Below are positions 9,095 through 18,823 of a stretch of DNA of 64,000 nucleotides, piece by piece. A program made the translations under genes and the position numbers. This DNA is from Alphaproteobacteria bacterium (GTDB taxonomy: Bacteria; Pseudomonadota; Alphaproteobacteria; UBA7887), in the NCBI GenBank assembly GCA_965216755.1, contig CBDCGL010000011.1:3488001-3552000 (forward strand), read 5' to 3'. The notes under the pieces are model-generated. The model saw only the letters and a list, made by a program, of their open reading frames with translations. It had not been told where the DNA came from and searched no databases. Position 1 is the stretch's first letter; each line of letters begins with the position of its first letter.

Positions 9095-9733
9095 CTATTT
9101 GCGCGGCGAATAGGGCGACGGGATCAGAATTGTCGAGTGCATTTCCTCCAACAAGGGGCCGCCAAACGACAAAAATTCCTGCCAAACCGGATCGGCTTGC
9201 GAGGCGGCGCGCGCTTCCATGCGGGCTTCGAAACTCTCATACACCCACAAATGGCAGACCTCGTTGGGGTCGGGCAGAACCGTGTTCCAGACACCGACCA
9301 CCTTGGAATATTTCTCGCGCGCGGCCAGGTCTTGGGCCATGCGCGCGGTCCAGGCGGCGCCGCGACCGGTCTTCACCCGGTAATTGCGAAATTCGTAAAT
9401 ATTGCCTTCGCCTTCGACCGGGTTCATCGGAATAACCGGCTTTAGAATCCGGATCCGTTGGCTGATGATGTGCGGATGCATCAGCGGCAAGAACTCGTTG
9501 CGCCACGCGTCTTTTTTCGTGAGCTCGGCGCGCAGGCGGGTCATTTCGGCGATATTCTCGTAGGACCACAGGTGCACATACTGGCTCAATAAGCCGATTT
9601 CGCTCGACCAATGCCCCTCCAGCGTGCCGTATTTGTCGCCTTCCCGAATGCGCCGGGCGACCGTGCCGCTGGCCTCGATCACTTTGGGTACCGCGCCCGG
9701 GCGGATTGTGTACATTCTCAGCTCGTGAATCAT
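9095..9733 (-). CDS. Double-domain NIPSNAP family protein
   Basis: HELRMYTIRPG, YVHLWSYEN; second repeat YEFRNYRVK...HLWVYESFEAR; ends PSPYSPRK. Confidence 0.85.
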   Translation of the reverse strand: MIHELRMYTIRPGAVPKVIEASGTVARRIREGDKYGTLEGHWSSEIGLLSQYVHLWSYENIAEMTRLRAELTKKDAWRNEFLPLMHPHIISQRIRILKPVIPMNPVEGEGNIYEFRNYRVKTGRGAAWTARMAQDLAAREKYSKVVGVWNTVLPDPNEVCHLWVYESFEARMEARAASQADPVWQEFLSFGGPLLEEMHSTILIPSPYSPRK

Positions 9734-9915
9734 GGACCCCTCCTCATCGTCATGACTTGGTCATGATTAAAGCGCGTTCGCCCGCGCAACTGCCATGACC
9801 ATAACGCGCGCGTGGCATGACGCCAAAGCGACCAGCGGGTTATAATCAGGCGCCAGAGGGCGACCCGTCGCCGCGCCTGGCGTCGGCTTAAGAACCAAAC
9901 TGAGAGGGGGACACC

Positions 9916-10638
9916 ATGGGCGTGCTGGATGAACGGGTCGCGATCATCACCGGGGGTGGCTCGGGGATCGGCAAGGCGATTGCCAAGGCTTTCGCCGACG
10001 CCGGCGCACAGGTTGTGATTGCCTCGCGCAACAAAGACAAGCTGGGCGCCGCCGCGGCGGAGATCGGCAAGGGCGTCAGCGCGACGGCCTGCGATGTGAC
10101 CGACGAGGCGCACGTGCAGGCGCTGTTTGCCAGTGTCAAAGATCAGCGTGGCCGGATCGATATTCTGGTCAACAATGCCGGCATGGCCGCCGGCGCGCGC
10201 GTCGAGGAGCTGAAGGCGAGCGCCTGGCGGCAGGTGGTCGAGGTCAACTTGACCGGCCCGTTTTTGTGCGCGCGCGAGGCGTTTCGCCTGATGATTCCCC
10301 AAGGCGGCGGCCGTATCATCAATATCGGCAGTATTTCCGCGCAGATGTCGCGCCCGAATTCCGAGGCCTATACGGCGACCAAGTTCGGCTTGGAAGGTCT
10401 GACCCGCTCACTCGCCCTTGACGGCCGGCGCCATGGCATCGCTGTCAGCATTCTCCATCCGGGTAATGTGGCGACCGATATTTGGACCGGCCGCGAGGAG
10501 ATCGCCAAGGAGGAAGGGTTGATCCCGCTGGAAGATATTGCCCAGGCAGCGCTTGGCATGGCATCTTTGTCGCCGGGTGTGAACATGCTCAACGCCACGG
10601 TTTTGCCGGTCACTCAACCCTATTTGGGCCGCGGTTAG
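9916..10638 (+). CDS. Short-chain dehydrogenase/reductase
   Basis: TGGGSGIG, NNAG, S...YTATK. Confidence 0.92.
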   Translation: MGVLDERVAIITGGGSGIGKAIAKAFADAGAQVVIASRNKDKLGAAAAEIGKGVSATACDVTDEAHVQALFASVKDQRGRIDILVNNAGMAAGARVEELKASAWRQVVEVNLTGPFLCAREAFRLMIPQGGGRIINIGSISAQMSRPNSEAYTATKFGLEGLTRSLALDGRRHGIAVSILHPGNVATDIWTGREEIAKEEGLIPLEDIAQAALGMASLSPGVNMLNATVLPVTQPYLGRG

Positions 10639-10668
10639 ACAGCGGCGCTGCCCTTCCGAGGCGCGCGG

Positions 10669-11280
10669 CTACGTTTTTGAAGGAAATGCCGCCTGAAACG
10701 CGGGTCGGGCGGCCAAGCGCCGGTAATAGGCGTGAACCTGCGAAAAGGCGGTGATGTCGGTGAACAGTGCGCCCAGATGGACGCTGTAGCCGACGTTCGT
10801 GTCGGGTGCGGAAAAACCGCTGGCCAAGACGTAGTCGCGATCCGACAAATGTTGATTGAGCACTTCTAAGGATTTCTCCAGGCGCCGTGTCTCCAGCTTC
10901 TGCACCACCGGCGACTGGTCCGGTTTGGCGATGATCATCGTCTGCTGGACCATGCTGGCGCCGTGCACGGCCATGGTTTCCGCGTAATGCAACCATTGCA
11001 GCCAGGCGACCCGTTCCGGATGCCCGGGCGCTCGGCCCAAACCGCGATCGTCATAGGTTTCGCACAGATATTGGCAGATCGCGCCCGACTCAAACAGCGT
11101 CAGGTCGTGGTCGACCAAGCACGGCACGCGGCCCAGCGGATGCACCGCCAAATATTCCGGCGCACGCAAATGATCGACATGGAAGGGTAGTTCGACCAGC
11201 TCGAAATCGAGGCCCAATTCATAGAGCAGCCACAATGAGCGTGTCGAGCGCGCGTTGGCACAGTGATAGAGCGTGATCAT
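10669..11280 (-). CDS. Glutathione S-transferase
   Basis: HPLGRVPCLVD, FESGAICQYL, FSAPD. Confidence 0.9.
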   Translation of the reverse strand: MITLYHCANARSTRSLWLLYELGLDFELVELPFHVDHLRAPEYLAVHPLGRVPCLVDHDLTLFESGAICQYLCETYDDRGLGRAPGHPERVAWLQWLHYAETMAVHGASMVQQTMIIAKPDQSPVVQKLETRRLEKSLEVLNQHLSDRDYVLASGFSAPDTNVGYSVHLGALFTDITAFSQVHAYYRRLAARPAFQAAFPSKT

Positions 11281-11344
11281 GCGCGCGTGGTTCTTTGATC
11301 GTTTAAACGACCGACTGTAGCACAGGGCCGGTCATGTCATCGTT

Positions 11345-12001
11345 TCAGGCGGCGGCGGCGTCGCGACCGGTAAGCCTGTGCTCAATCTCGTCACGCAGCG
11401 CTTCGATTTCCGCAGCCGCGCGCGCCGCGCCCGGATACTCGCTGACCCCACGCCCGTCGAGCATGCTGGCGGCGAATGCGGTCCGGTTGCCGATCCCGGC
11501 TTCGGCGACCGGGATATTCTCGCGCGCGAACGTGGCGCGCATGGTGTCGCACAGCTTGCTTCGCGCCGGTATCCGGGTCAGCACCACCATGGCGGGGGTC
11601 CCGATGCGGTTGGTGCGTTCGATCTCGGTATAAGTTGACCACAAATCCATCGGCGTGGGTTGGGCCGGGATCACCACCAGGTCCGCCGTGCGGATCGCCG
11701 CCTGGGTTCCGATATCGTCTTTGGGCGGACTGTCGACCAAGACAAAATCATGACGGTCACGCAGGCGCCGCGCGCCGGCGCGCACGACCCATGGATCCGA
11801 TGCTTCCAACGTGAACGGCGGCCCGCTCGTGCCATGGCGCGCGCGCATGTCGTGCCAGGCCGAAAGGCTTCTTTGCGGATCGCAATCCATGAGCGCGACC
11901 GCGCGGCCGGCTTGTTGCCAGGCCACGGCCAGATGGGCGCTCAATGTGGTCTTGCCGCAGCCGCCCTTTTGGTGGGCGAAGAGAATCACTTGTCCGGCCA
12001 T
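11345..12001 (-). CDS. Orphan ParA-family ATPase
   Basis: Deviant Walker A QKGGCGKTT, DCDPQRS, VDSPP, IPAQPTPMDLW. Confidence 0.88.
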   Translation of the reverse strand: MAGQVILFAHQKGGCGKTTLSAHLAVAWQQAGRAVALMDCDPQRSLSAWHDMRARHGTSGPPFTLEASDPWVVRAGARRLRDRHDFVLVDSPPKDDIGTQAAIRTADLVVIPAQPTPMDLWSTYTEIERTNRIGTPAMVVLTRIPARSKLCDTMRATFARENIPVAEAGIGNRTAFAASMLDGRGVSEYPGAARAAAEIEALRDEIEHRLTGRDAAAA

Positions 12002-12123
12002 TCGATCGTCCCCCGATTGGTGGGCCGTCGCCACGCACTCTATCCCTGTTGAGTCATCGTGGCGAACGGAATCGGCGTGGCCTTGGACGGTGACATGATG
12101 TTGCCGCAGTTGGTCTTCGGATC

Positions 12124-12152
12124 GCCCAGATTTCCCGATCTTTTCGCCACAT
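12124..12152 (+). promoter_or_regulatory. Upstream motif shared by the two VIT-vWA genes (copy 1)
   Basis: GCCCAGATTTCCCGATCTTTTCGCCACAT; 26/29 identical to 14406-14434; ends about 48 nt before the ATG. Confidence 0.6.
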
Positions 12153-12200
12153 AACTCTGCTCTGCTGCAGGTGGGACAGATCGGGTAGGAGCGATGGACG

Positions 12201-14375
12201 ATGATCACCTTGAGGCGCGCGCCGGCCAGGGCGACGATTTTGATTCTAATGACCGCCGCGTTGCAGGCGTTTGCGGCTTCGGGTCACGCCGCGCCAAACC
12301 CGGCCCCGGCGGTTCTCTCGCCAGGTGACATGACCGCTGGCGGCCTGTTGCTGCGCGGTCGTGACGACAGCCAGCCGTCGGTTGCCGCGCCATTGTTGGG
12401 CACCGACGTCACCATGGCGATCGCCGGCAGTTTCGCGCGGGTCACGGTTCGTCAGCATTTTCACAATCCCAACGATGCGTTCGTCGAAGGTGTTTATGTG
12501 TTTCCGCTGCCGGACGAAGCGGCCGTCGACCATCTGCGCATGCAAATCGGCGATCGTTTTATCGACGGTGTGATCAAGGAACGCGAACAGGCCCGCCGCG
12601 ACTATGAACAGGCGCGCGCACAGGGCCAGCGGGCGTCGTTGCTGGAACAAGAGCGAGCCAACATGTTCACGGCGTCGGTGGCCAATATCGGTCCCGGCGA
12701 AACGGTGATCGTCGAGATCGAATACCAGGACACGGCACGTTTCTCAGACGGTGCCTATGCGATCCGGTTTCCGATGGTGGTCGGGCCGCGCTACGTGCCG
12801 GGGCCGGCTATGACACTTGTCGATGACGGGCGTGGCGCGGATGGCGCGGTGATCGCGGCGCCGGTTGTCTCGGACACCGACCGCATCACGCCACCGGTGC
12901 GCCATCCGGACGCAGGCGCCATCAATCCGGTTGTGCTGAGCGCGACACTGAACGCGGGTTTTCCAATTGACGCCCTCGAGAGTCCCTATCACCCGATTGA
13001 CACGCAAGAATTGGAGAACGGCATTGTCGAAATCAGTTTCGCCGACGGCCCCGTGCCGGCCGATCGGAATTTCGAACTGGTTTGGCGGCCGGCGCCCGGC
13101 GCCGCCCCCGAGGTGGTCTTGTTTCGCGAACAGCGTGGCGAGCAGAAATACGGTGTTTTGACACTGATGCCGCCGGTGCTGGACCCGACCGGGCCGGCAC
13201 CCGAGCGGGACATGGTGTTCGTTATCGACACGTCTGGTTCGATGGAAGGCGAGAGCATTGGTCAAGCCAAGGCGGCGCTGCATATGGCGCTTGATCGGTT
13301 GCGGCCGCAAGACCGGTTCAATGTCATCCAATTCAACGATCAGGCGCACGCGTTGTTTGGCGACGTGCGATCCGGTTCAGCCAATACGATTGATCGGGCG
13401 CGGCGCTATGTGACCCGACTGGACGCCGAAGGCGGCACAGAGATGCTGCCGGCGCTGGGTTTGGCCTTGCGCCAAGCCACGGACGGCACCCGGCTGCGAC
13501 AAATTATATTCCTGACCGATGGCGCGATCGGCGACGAGGCCGCATTGTTCGCCGAGATCAGCGACAAATTGGGCGATGGCCGCTTGTTCACGGTTGGCAT
13601 CGGATCGGCGCCGAACAGCTATTTCATGAGCCGCGCGGCGGCGTTCGGCCGCGGCAGCTTCACGCATATCGGCGCGTCCGACGAAGTCGCCGAAAAGATG
13701 GCGGCTCTGTTTCGCAAGCTCGAACGCCCCGCCTTGACCGACATCGAAATCGCTTGGCCCGCAGACGTCGACGCCGAGGTTTATCCGACGCCGGTGCCGG
13801 ACCTCTATTACGGCGACCCGATCACCGTTGCCGTGGCGGGTGTACCGGAGACGGGACAGGTCACGGTGACCGGGCGTTTTCAAGGACGGGCCTGGCGCAC
13901 CCCGGTCGATCTGTCCGGCGGCACGGAAAGCGCCGGCGCTCGGGTTGTTTGGGCGCGCCGCAAGATTCGTGCGTTGATGGATGACATGCATCGCGGCGCC
14001 GATCCGGACGTTGTGCGCGAGTCGGTGGTGGCGACCGCGCTCGATCATCATCTGATGAGCCGCTACACCAGCCTGGTCGCAGTCGATGTCACACCGGTGC
14101 GGCCGGCGGACGAACCGGTGCACACGGTGGAGATGCCGACCAATCTGCCCCATGGATGGGATTTCGACGCCGTGTTCGGCACGCCTGAGATGCGTGCCCG
14201 TGGGGCCGCCTTGCCGGCGCCGGCGATGCAGCAGGCCAGCGCCGATGCGATGACCACGGTTTCGTTGACAACGCCCTTGCCGCAAACCGCGACGCCGGCC
14301 GCGTTGCGCGTGTTGATTGGTTTGATGCTGCTGTTCGTGGCCGGATTGGTGTGGTTGTCGAGGCGTCACGCGTGA
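12201..14375 (+). CDS. Marine proteobacterial sortase target protein (VIT + vWA, LPQTA sorting signal)
   Basis: Signal peptide; VIT EGVYVFPLPDEAAVD; MIDAS DTSGS and FLTDG; C-terminal LPQTA, TM helix, then SRRHA. Confidence 0.92.
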   Translation: MITLRRAPARATILILMTAALQAFAASGHAAPNPAPAVLSPGDMTAGGLLLRGRDDSQPSVAAPLLGTDVTMAIAGSFARVTVRQHFHNPNDAFVEGVYVFPLPDEAAVDHLRMQIGDRFIDGVIKEREQARRDYEQARAQGQRASLLEQERANMFTASVANIGPGETVIVEIEYQDTARFSDGAYAIRFPMVVGPRYVPGPAMTLVDDGRGADGAVIAAPVVSDTDRITPPVRHPDAGAINPVVLSATLNAGFPIDALESPYHPIDTQELENGIVEISFADGPVPADRNFELVWRPAPGAAPEVVLFREQRGEQKYGVLTLMPPVLDPTGPAPERDMVFVIDTSGSMEGESIGQAKAALHMALDRLRPQDRFNVIQFNDQAHALFGDVRSGSANTIDRARRYVTRLDAEGGTEMLPALGLALRQATDGTRLRQIIFLTDGAIGDEAALFAEISDKLGDGRLFTVGIGSAPNSYFMSRAAAFGRGSFTHIGASDEVAEKMAALFRKLERPALTDIEIAWPADVDAEVYPTPVPDLYYGDPITVAVAGVPETGQVTVTGRFQGRAWRTPVDLSGGTESAGARVVWARRKIRALMDDMHRGADPDVVRESVVATALDHHLMSRYTSLVAVDVTPVRPADEPVHTVEMPTNLPHGWDFDAVFGTPEMRARGAALPAPAMQQASADAMTTVSLTTPLPQTATPAALRVLIGLMLLFVAGLVWLSRRHA

Positions 14376-14405
14376 CACGGGTTCGCCGCAATTGGCCCCG
14401 CGATT

Positions 14406-14434
14406 GCCCTGATTTTCCAATCTTTTCGCCACAT
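14406..14434 (+). promoter_or_regulatory. Upstream motif shared by the two VIT-vWA genes (copy 2)
   Basis: GCCCTGATTTTCCAATCTTTTCGCCACAT; ends about 46 nt before ATG 14481. Confidence 0.6.
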
Positions 14435-14480
14435 CGGGGTGCTTCCGTGAACACGGGACACTGTGACGGGAGCATTTGCT

Positions 14481-16577
14481 ATGGCGATACGACCTCGCGG
14501 GCCAATAACGGGCCTGATTTTGACACTCATTGCGGCAGCGGTCGGTGGCTGCGCGGCCGGCGGGCCAGCCGGTTCGTATTTTTCAGCCCCGGTTGCCGCC
14601 GACGGTGCAACACCGCTGGCGCCAACGCGGGCGGATCAAACCAGCGCCGGCCTGTTGCTGCGCGGCGTGGAGGCCGACCCACCGACCACGGTTGCGCCAT
14701 TGCTGGGCACGAACGTGGACATGGCGATCTCCGGTCCGTTTGCGCGGGTCAGCGTGCGTCAACATTTCTACAATCCGAACGCCGTGTTTGTCGAAGGCAT
14801 CTATGTCTTTCCGCTGCCCGAAGACGCGGCCGTCGATCATTTGCGCTTGCAGGTCGGCGACCGGTTCATCGACGGTGTCATCATGGATCGTGAGGCGGCG
14901 CGGCAGGTCTATGAAACCGCCGTCGAACGGCGCCGTCGCGCCGCTCTTCTGGAACAGGAGCGGCCCAATATTTTTGCCTCATCAGTGGGCAATATCGCGC
15001 CCTGCGAGATCGTGCGGCTCGAGCTGGAGTACCAGCAGACCTTGCACTATCGCGACGGCACCTATGCGATCCGGTTTCCGATGGTGGTCGGTCCGCGCTA
15101 TGTGCCCGATGCGGGTGTGGCTGTCGTGCGTCAGGGGCCCGGAGCGCCGGCGATCGATCGCACACCGCCAGGCACGGACGAAGCCGGTCGGGTGACGCCG
15201 CCGGTCCGCGATCCGCGCGCTGGCGCCATCAATCCGCTCGGGCTGGTGGCCACGATCAACGCGGGCGGCCCGATCGCGGAACTCCAAAGCCCGTATCATG
15301 CCATCACAACCCGAGACCTCGGCAACCACGTGGTCGAGGTTGCCCTGGCCGATGGTCTGGTGCCGGCCGATCGCGATTTTGAACTGGTTTGGCGGACCGC
15401 GGCCGGGACAGAACCCGATGCCGACATATTCAGCGAACGCCACGGCGGCGAACGCTATGGCGTCGTTATGATCACGCCGCCGCCGGCAAGCCACGAACCG
15501 CAGGTGCCGCCACGCGATGTGGTCTTCGTGATCGATCGGTCGGGTTCGATGGAAGGCGCAAGCATTCGCCAGGCAAAGACGGCGCTGAAGATGGCCTTGA
15601 GGCGGCTACGTCCACAGGACCGATATGACGTCGTACAATTCAGTCATGTCGCCGAGGCCCTGTACCCGACCATGGAATTCGCAGACCGAAACGCGATCGA
15701 TATCGGCACGCGTTATGTCGACCGGATCTGGGCCGAAGGCGGGACCGAAATGTTGCCGGCCTTACGGTTAGCTTTGAGTTTCGCGCCCGACGTGGACCGG
15801 CTGCGCCAAATCGTCTTTTTGACCGATGGCGCGATCAGCAATGAGAGCGCGCTGTTCGACGAAATTGTTGCCAACCTGGGCAACGGCCGCCTGTTCACGG
15901 TCGGCATCGGCTCGGCGCCAAACAGTTATTTCATGACCCGCGCGGCAACCTTGGGCCGTGGGACTTTCACCCGTATCGGCCAGACAAGCGAAGTGCGGGC
16001 AAAAATGCTGGCGTTGTTCGGCAAGTTAGAGCGCCCGGTGATGACTGATATTACGCTCGAATGGTCAGATGGTCGCCGCGTGGAAAGCTATCCGGCCCCG
16101 GTACCCGATCTCTTTCAGGGCGATCCCATCGTCGTGGCCGCGCGCGACATTCCCGACTCGGGTCGGTTGATCGTGGGCGGCCTGGTTGGCGGCAAGCCAT
16201 GGCGCACCGGTATCGACCTTGACGGCCAACCGGATAGCCCGGGGGCGCGCGTGATCTGGGCGCGGCACAAGATCCGTCACCTCATGGAACAGATCCACTT
16301 CGGCCAATCACCCACATCGGTGGAAATGGCGGTGAGTGCCGTCGCACACGATCATCATTTGATGAGCGCCTATACCAGTTTGGTCGCCGTCGATGCGACT
16401 CCCATACGGCCGCCGGACGCATTGCTTGAGTCCATGGATATGCCGACCAATTTGCCCCATGGCTGGGATTTTGACGCCGTGTTTGGTGCAGGGGCGGCGC
16501 GCGCCGACGACACCTCTGGTGCGGTTCGTCGGCACAGAAAGGCCAACGTCGAAGCGGTTCGACCGCCATGCCCATGA
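14481..16577 (+). CDS. Second VIT-vWA paralog lacking a sortase signal; possible lipoprotein
   Basis: Colinear with 12201-14375 (EGIYVFPLPEDAAVD, DRSGS, MPTNLPHGWDFDAVFG); no LPxTA/TM tail; N-terminal LIAAAVGGC. Confidence 0.85.
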   Translation: MAIRPRGPITGLILTLIAAAVGGCAAGGPAGSYFSAPVAADGATPLAPTRADQTSAGLLLRGVEADPPTTVAPLLGTNVDMAISGPFARVSVRQHFYNPNAVFVEGIYVFPLPEDAAVDHLRLQVGDRFIDGVIMDREAARQVYETAVERRRRAALLEQERPNIFASSVGNIAPCEIVRLELEYQQTLHYRDGTYAIRFPMVVGPRYVPDAGVAVVRQGPGAPAIDRTPPGTDEAGRVTPPVRDPRAGAINPLGLVATINAGGPIAELQSPYHAITTRDLGNHVVEVALADGLVPADRDFELVWRTAAGTEPDADIFSERHGGERYGVVMITPPPASHEPQVPPRDVVFVIDRSGSMEGASIRQAKTALKMALRRLRPQDRYDVVQFSHVAEALYPTMEFADRNAIDIGTRYVDRIWAEGGTEMLPALRLALSFAPDVDRLRQIVFLTDGAISNESALFDEIVANLGNGRLFTVGIGSAPNSYFMTRAATLGRGTFTRIGQTSEVRAKMLALFGKLERPVMTDITLEWSDGRRVESYPAPVPDLFQGDPIVVAARDIPDSGRLIVGGLVGGKPWRTGIDLDGQPDSPGARVIWARHKIRHLMEQIHFGQSPTSVEMAVSAVAHDHHLMSAYTSLVAVDATPIRPPDALLESMDMPTNLPHGWDFDAVFGAGAARADDTSGAVRRHRKANVEAVRPPCP

Positions 16578-17251
16578 CAGGGCGGTTGACGTGGCGGCGG
16601 TGGCTGAGCGCGGCCGCGATCGGGCTCGCGTTCGCCGGGTTGGCATTGGTTGGCGACGGTCTTTACATCAAGGTCAAGGCCCACCTCGCCCAGCATCTCT
16701 TGGCACAAGCTTGGGCGGCCACGACCGACGGCGCCGAACGTGCGCGGCCCTGGCCGTGGGCCGACACCTGGCCGGTGGCGCGGTTGGCGGTGCCGGCCCA
16801 TGACGTTGAGCAGATCGTGCTGGCGGGCGCGAGCGGCCGCACATTGGCTTTTGGTCCGGGCCATCACAGCGGCTCCGCCACCCCCGGCGCGGTCGGACTG
16901 ACCATCCTGACCGGCCATCGCGATACCCATTTCGCGTTTTTGCAGCGCCTCGCGATTGGCGACGGGATCACGCTGACCACGCCGGATGGCGTGCGACACG
17001 GCTACCACGTGACCGAAACCCAAGTGGTTCACAAGGACGACGCGCGATTTCGCCAACCGGCACCAGGCAATCGTGTACTCGCCCTGGTCACCTGTTGGCC
17101 CTATGACGCGGTGGTTCCAGGTGGTCCGCTGCGCCATGTCGTGGTCGCGCAGGCCACGGATCATACCGCGTCGCAGAATCTTGACAGCGCGCCCTTGCCG
17201 CCAGCACAGTTGGCGGGCGACGGGCCGGTCAAAATGGTGATGGTGCGATGA
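16574..17251 (+). CDS. Class GN (marine proteobacterial) sortase
   Basis: KAHLAQHLL..AW, PWPWADTWPVARL, GRTLAFGPG, catalytic GHRDTHF and LVTCWP. Confidence 0.93.
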   Translation: MTGRLTWRRWLSAAAIGLAFAGLALVGDGLYIKVKAHLAQHLLAQAWAATTDGAERARPWPWADTWPVARLAVPAHDVEQIVLAGASGRTLAFGPGHHSGSATPGAVGLTILTGHRDTHFAFLQRLAIGDGITLTTPDGVRHGYHVTETQVVHKDDARFRQPAPGNRVLALVTCWPYDAVVPGGPLRHVVVAQATDHTASQNLDSAPLPPAQLAGDGPVKMVMVR

Positions 17252-18330
17252 ACATCGATCGAATCGAAACAAACGTCTATCGCATTCCCTTGGCCGAACC
17301 GGTCGAACTCGCCACCCATGGCGTTCTGCGCGACTTGGATCTGCTCATGGTGCGCCTTTGGGATACGGATGGCGCGATGGGTTGCGGCTACAGCACGCTC
17401 AACGCCGGTCACGGGCCGGCGACCGCAATGATCATCGAGCGGGTCTTCGCCGATTTGATCATGGGCGAAGATCCGCGCCGAATCGAATGGCTATGGCAGC
17501 GCATGTGGCGCGCCCACCATTATTCGGGTCGCGGCGGCCCGGTCACCTTCGCGTTGGCTGCGGTCGATATCGGGTTGTGGGATTTGCGCGGCCGATGCCT
17601 GGGGGAGCCCTTGTGGCGTTTGCTCGGTGGCCATGACCCGAAAGTCCCCGCCTATATCGGCAATATCGATCTCGGCTTACCGCGCACGGCTTTGTTGGAG
17701 GGCGCCTCACGCAGTCTCGAGGCAGGCTATCGGGCGCTGAAAATGCGTCTCGGCCGACCGACCTTGCGTGAAGATTTGGCCCGTGTCGCCGCCATGCGGG
17801 ACCATATCGGGCCGGACATCGCGTTGATGGCCGATGCCAATGAAGCGTGGCGTGTCGACCAAACCGTGCGCGCCATGCACGGGTTGCGCGATATCGATTT
17901 GGTCTGGCTCGAAGAACCGATCCGACCGGACGACTTCGCCGGCTACGCCCATTTGCGCCGGCTCGGTCTGGTGCCGATCGCGGCCGGCGAAAACCTCCAC
18001 ACCTTGGCCGAGTTCACGGCGTTGATTTCGGCGGGCGGCGTGGATTTTCCTGAACCGGATGTCACCACCTGTGGCGGCATCACCCCGTGGCTGAAAATTG
18101 CGCGCTTGGCCGAGGCGCACGGCTTGCCGATCACCTCACACGGCGCGCAGGACATCCATGTCCACTTGCTGGCGGCCGTGCCCAATACCGCGTATCTGGA
18201 AATCCACGCCGCGCGCCTCGACGATTATATCGCGGAGCAGTATGCGCTCGTCGACGGCCACGCCGTGGCCCCCGACCGACCCGGCCACGGCCTGGAATTC
18301 GATTGGCAAAAGCTGGGCAAATTTTCCTAA
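17248..18330 (+). CDS. Mandelate racemase/muconate lactonizing enzyme family protein
   Basis: AVDIGLWDL, KMR, metal ligands DANE/WLEEP/GEN, SHG, PDRPGHG. Confidence 0.9.
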   Translation: MNIDRIETNVYRIPLAEPVELATHGVLRDLDLLMVRLWDTDGAMGCGYSTLNAGHGPATAMIIERVFADLIMGEDPRRIEWLWQRMWRAHHYSGRGGPVTFALAAVDIGLWDLRGRCLGEPLWRLLGGHDPKVPAYIGNIDLGLPRTALLEGASRSLEAGYRALKMRLGRPTLREDLARVAAMRDHIGPDIALMADANEAWRVDQTVRAMHGLRDIDLVWLEEPIRPDDFAGYAHLRRLGLVPIAAGENLHTLAEFTALISAGGVDFPEPDVTTCGGITPWLKIARLAEAHGLPITSHGAQDIHVHLLAAVPNTAYLEIHAARLDDYIAEQYALVDGHAVAPDRPGHGLEFDWQKLGKFS

Positions 18331-18352
18331 TCGGGCTCGCGTGCGCCGTTCT

Positions 18353-18823
18353 TCAGCCCTCCCAGGCGCTCTGCAGCGCGCGCCCGGCGCGATGGATCGC
18401 CTTGCGAATCCGCGTATGTGCGCCACAGCGGCAGTAGTTCTCTTTCATCGCGAAGTCGATTTCTTCATCTGTCGGTTCGGGATTGCTGTTCAACATCATG
18501 GCGATGGCCATGATTTGGCCAGGAATGCAATAACCGCATTGGGTGACGTTTTCGTCGATAAACGCTTGCTGAACCGGATGTAGGCCGTCACGTCCCAGGC
18601 CTTCGATGGTGGTGATATCGGCGCCGGCCGACTTGCCGATGGTGATCTGACACGATTTCACCAATTCGCCGTTCATATGGACATTGCACACGCCACATTC
18701 GCCAATCCCGCAGCCGTATTTTGTGCCGGTCAAGCCCATTTGCTCCCTGAGCACCCACATCAAGGGCGTATCGGGAGCCACATCGACGCTGTAGTCGGTA
18801 TCGTTCACGGTTAAAGAGATCAT
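18353..18823 (-). CDS. (2Fe-2S)-binding small subunit of a xanthine oxidase family enzyme (IorA/CoxS-like), orphan copy
   Basis: GTKYGCGIGECGVC, QCGYCIPGQ, NYCRCG. Confidence 0.9.
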   Translation of the reverse strand: MISLTVNDTDYSVDVAPDTPLMWVLREQMGLTGTKYGCGIGECGVCNVHMNGELVKSCQITIGKSAGADITTIEGLGRDGLHPVQQAFIDENVTQCGYCIPGQIMAIAMMLNSNPEPTDEEIDFAMKENYCRCGAHTRIRKAIHRAGRALQSAWEG

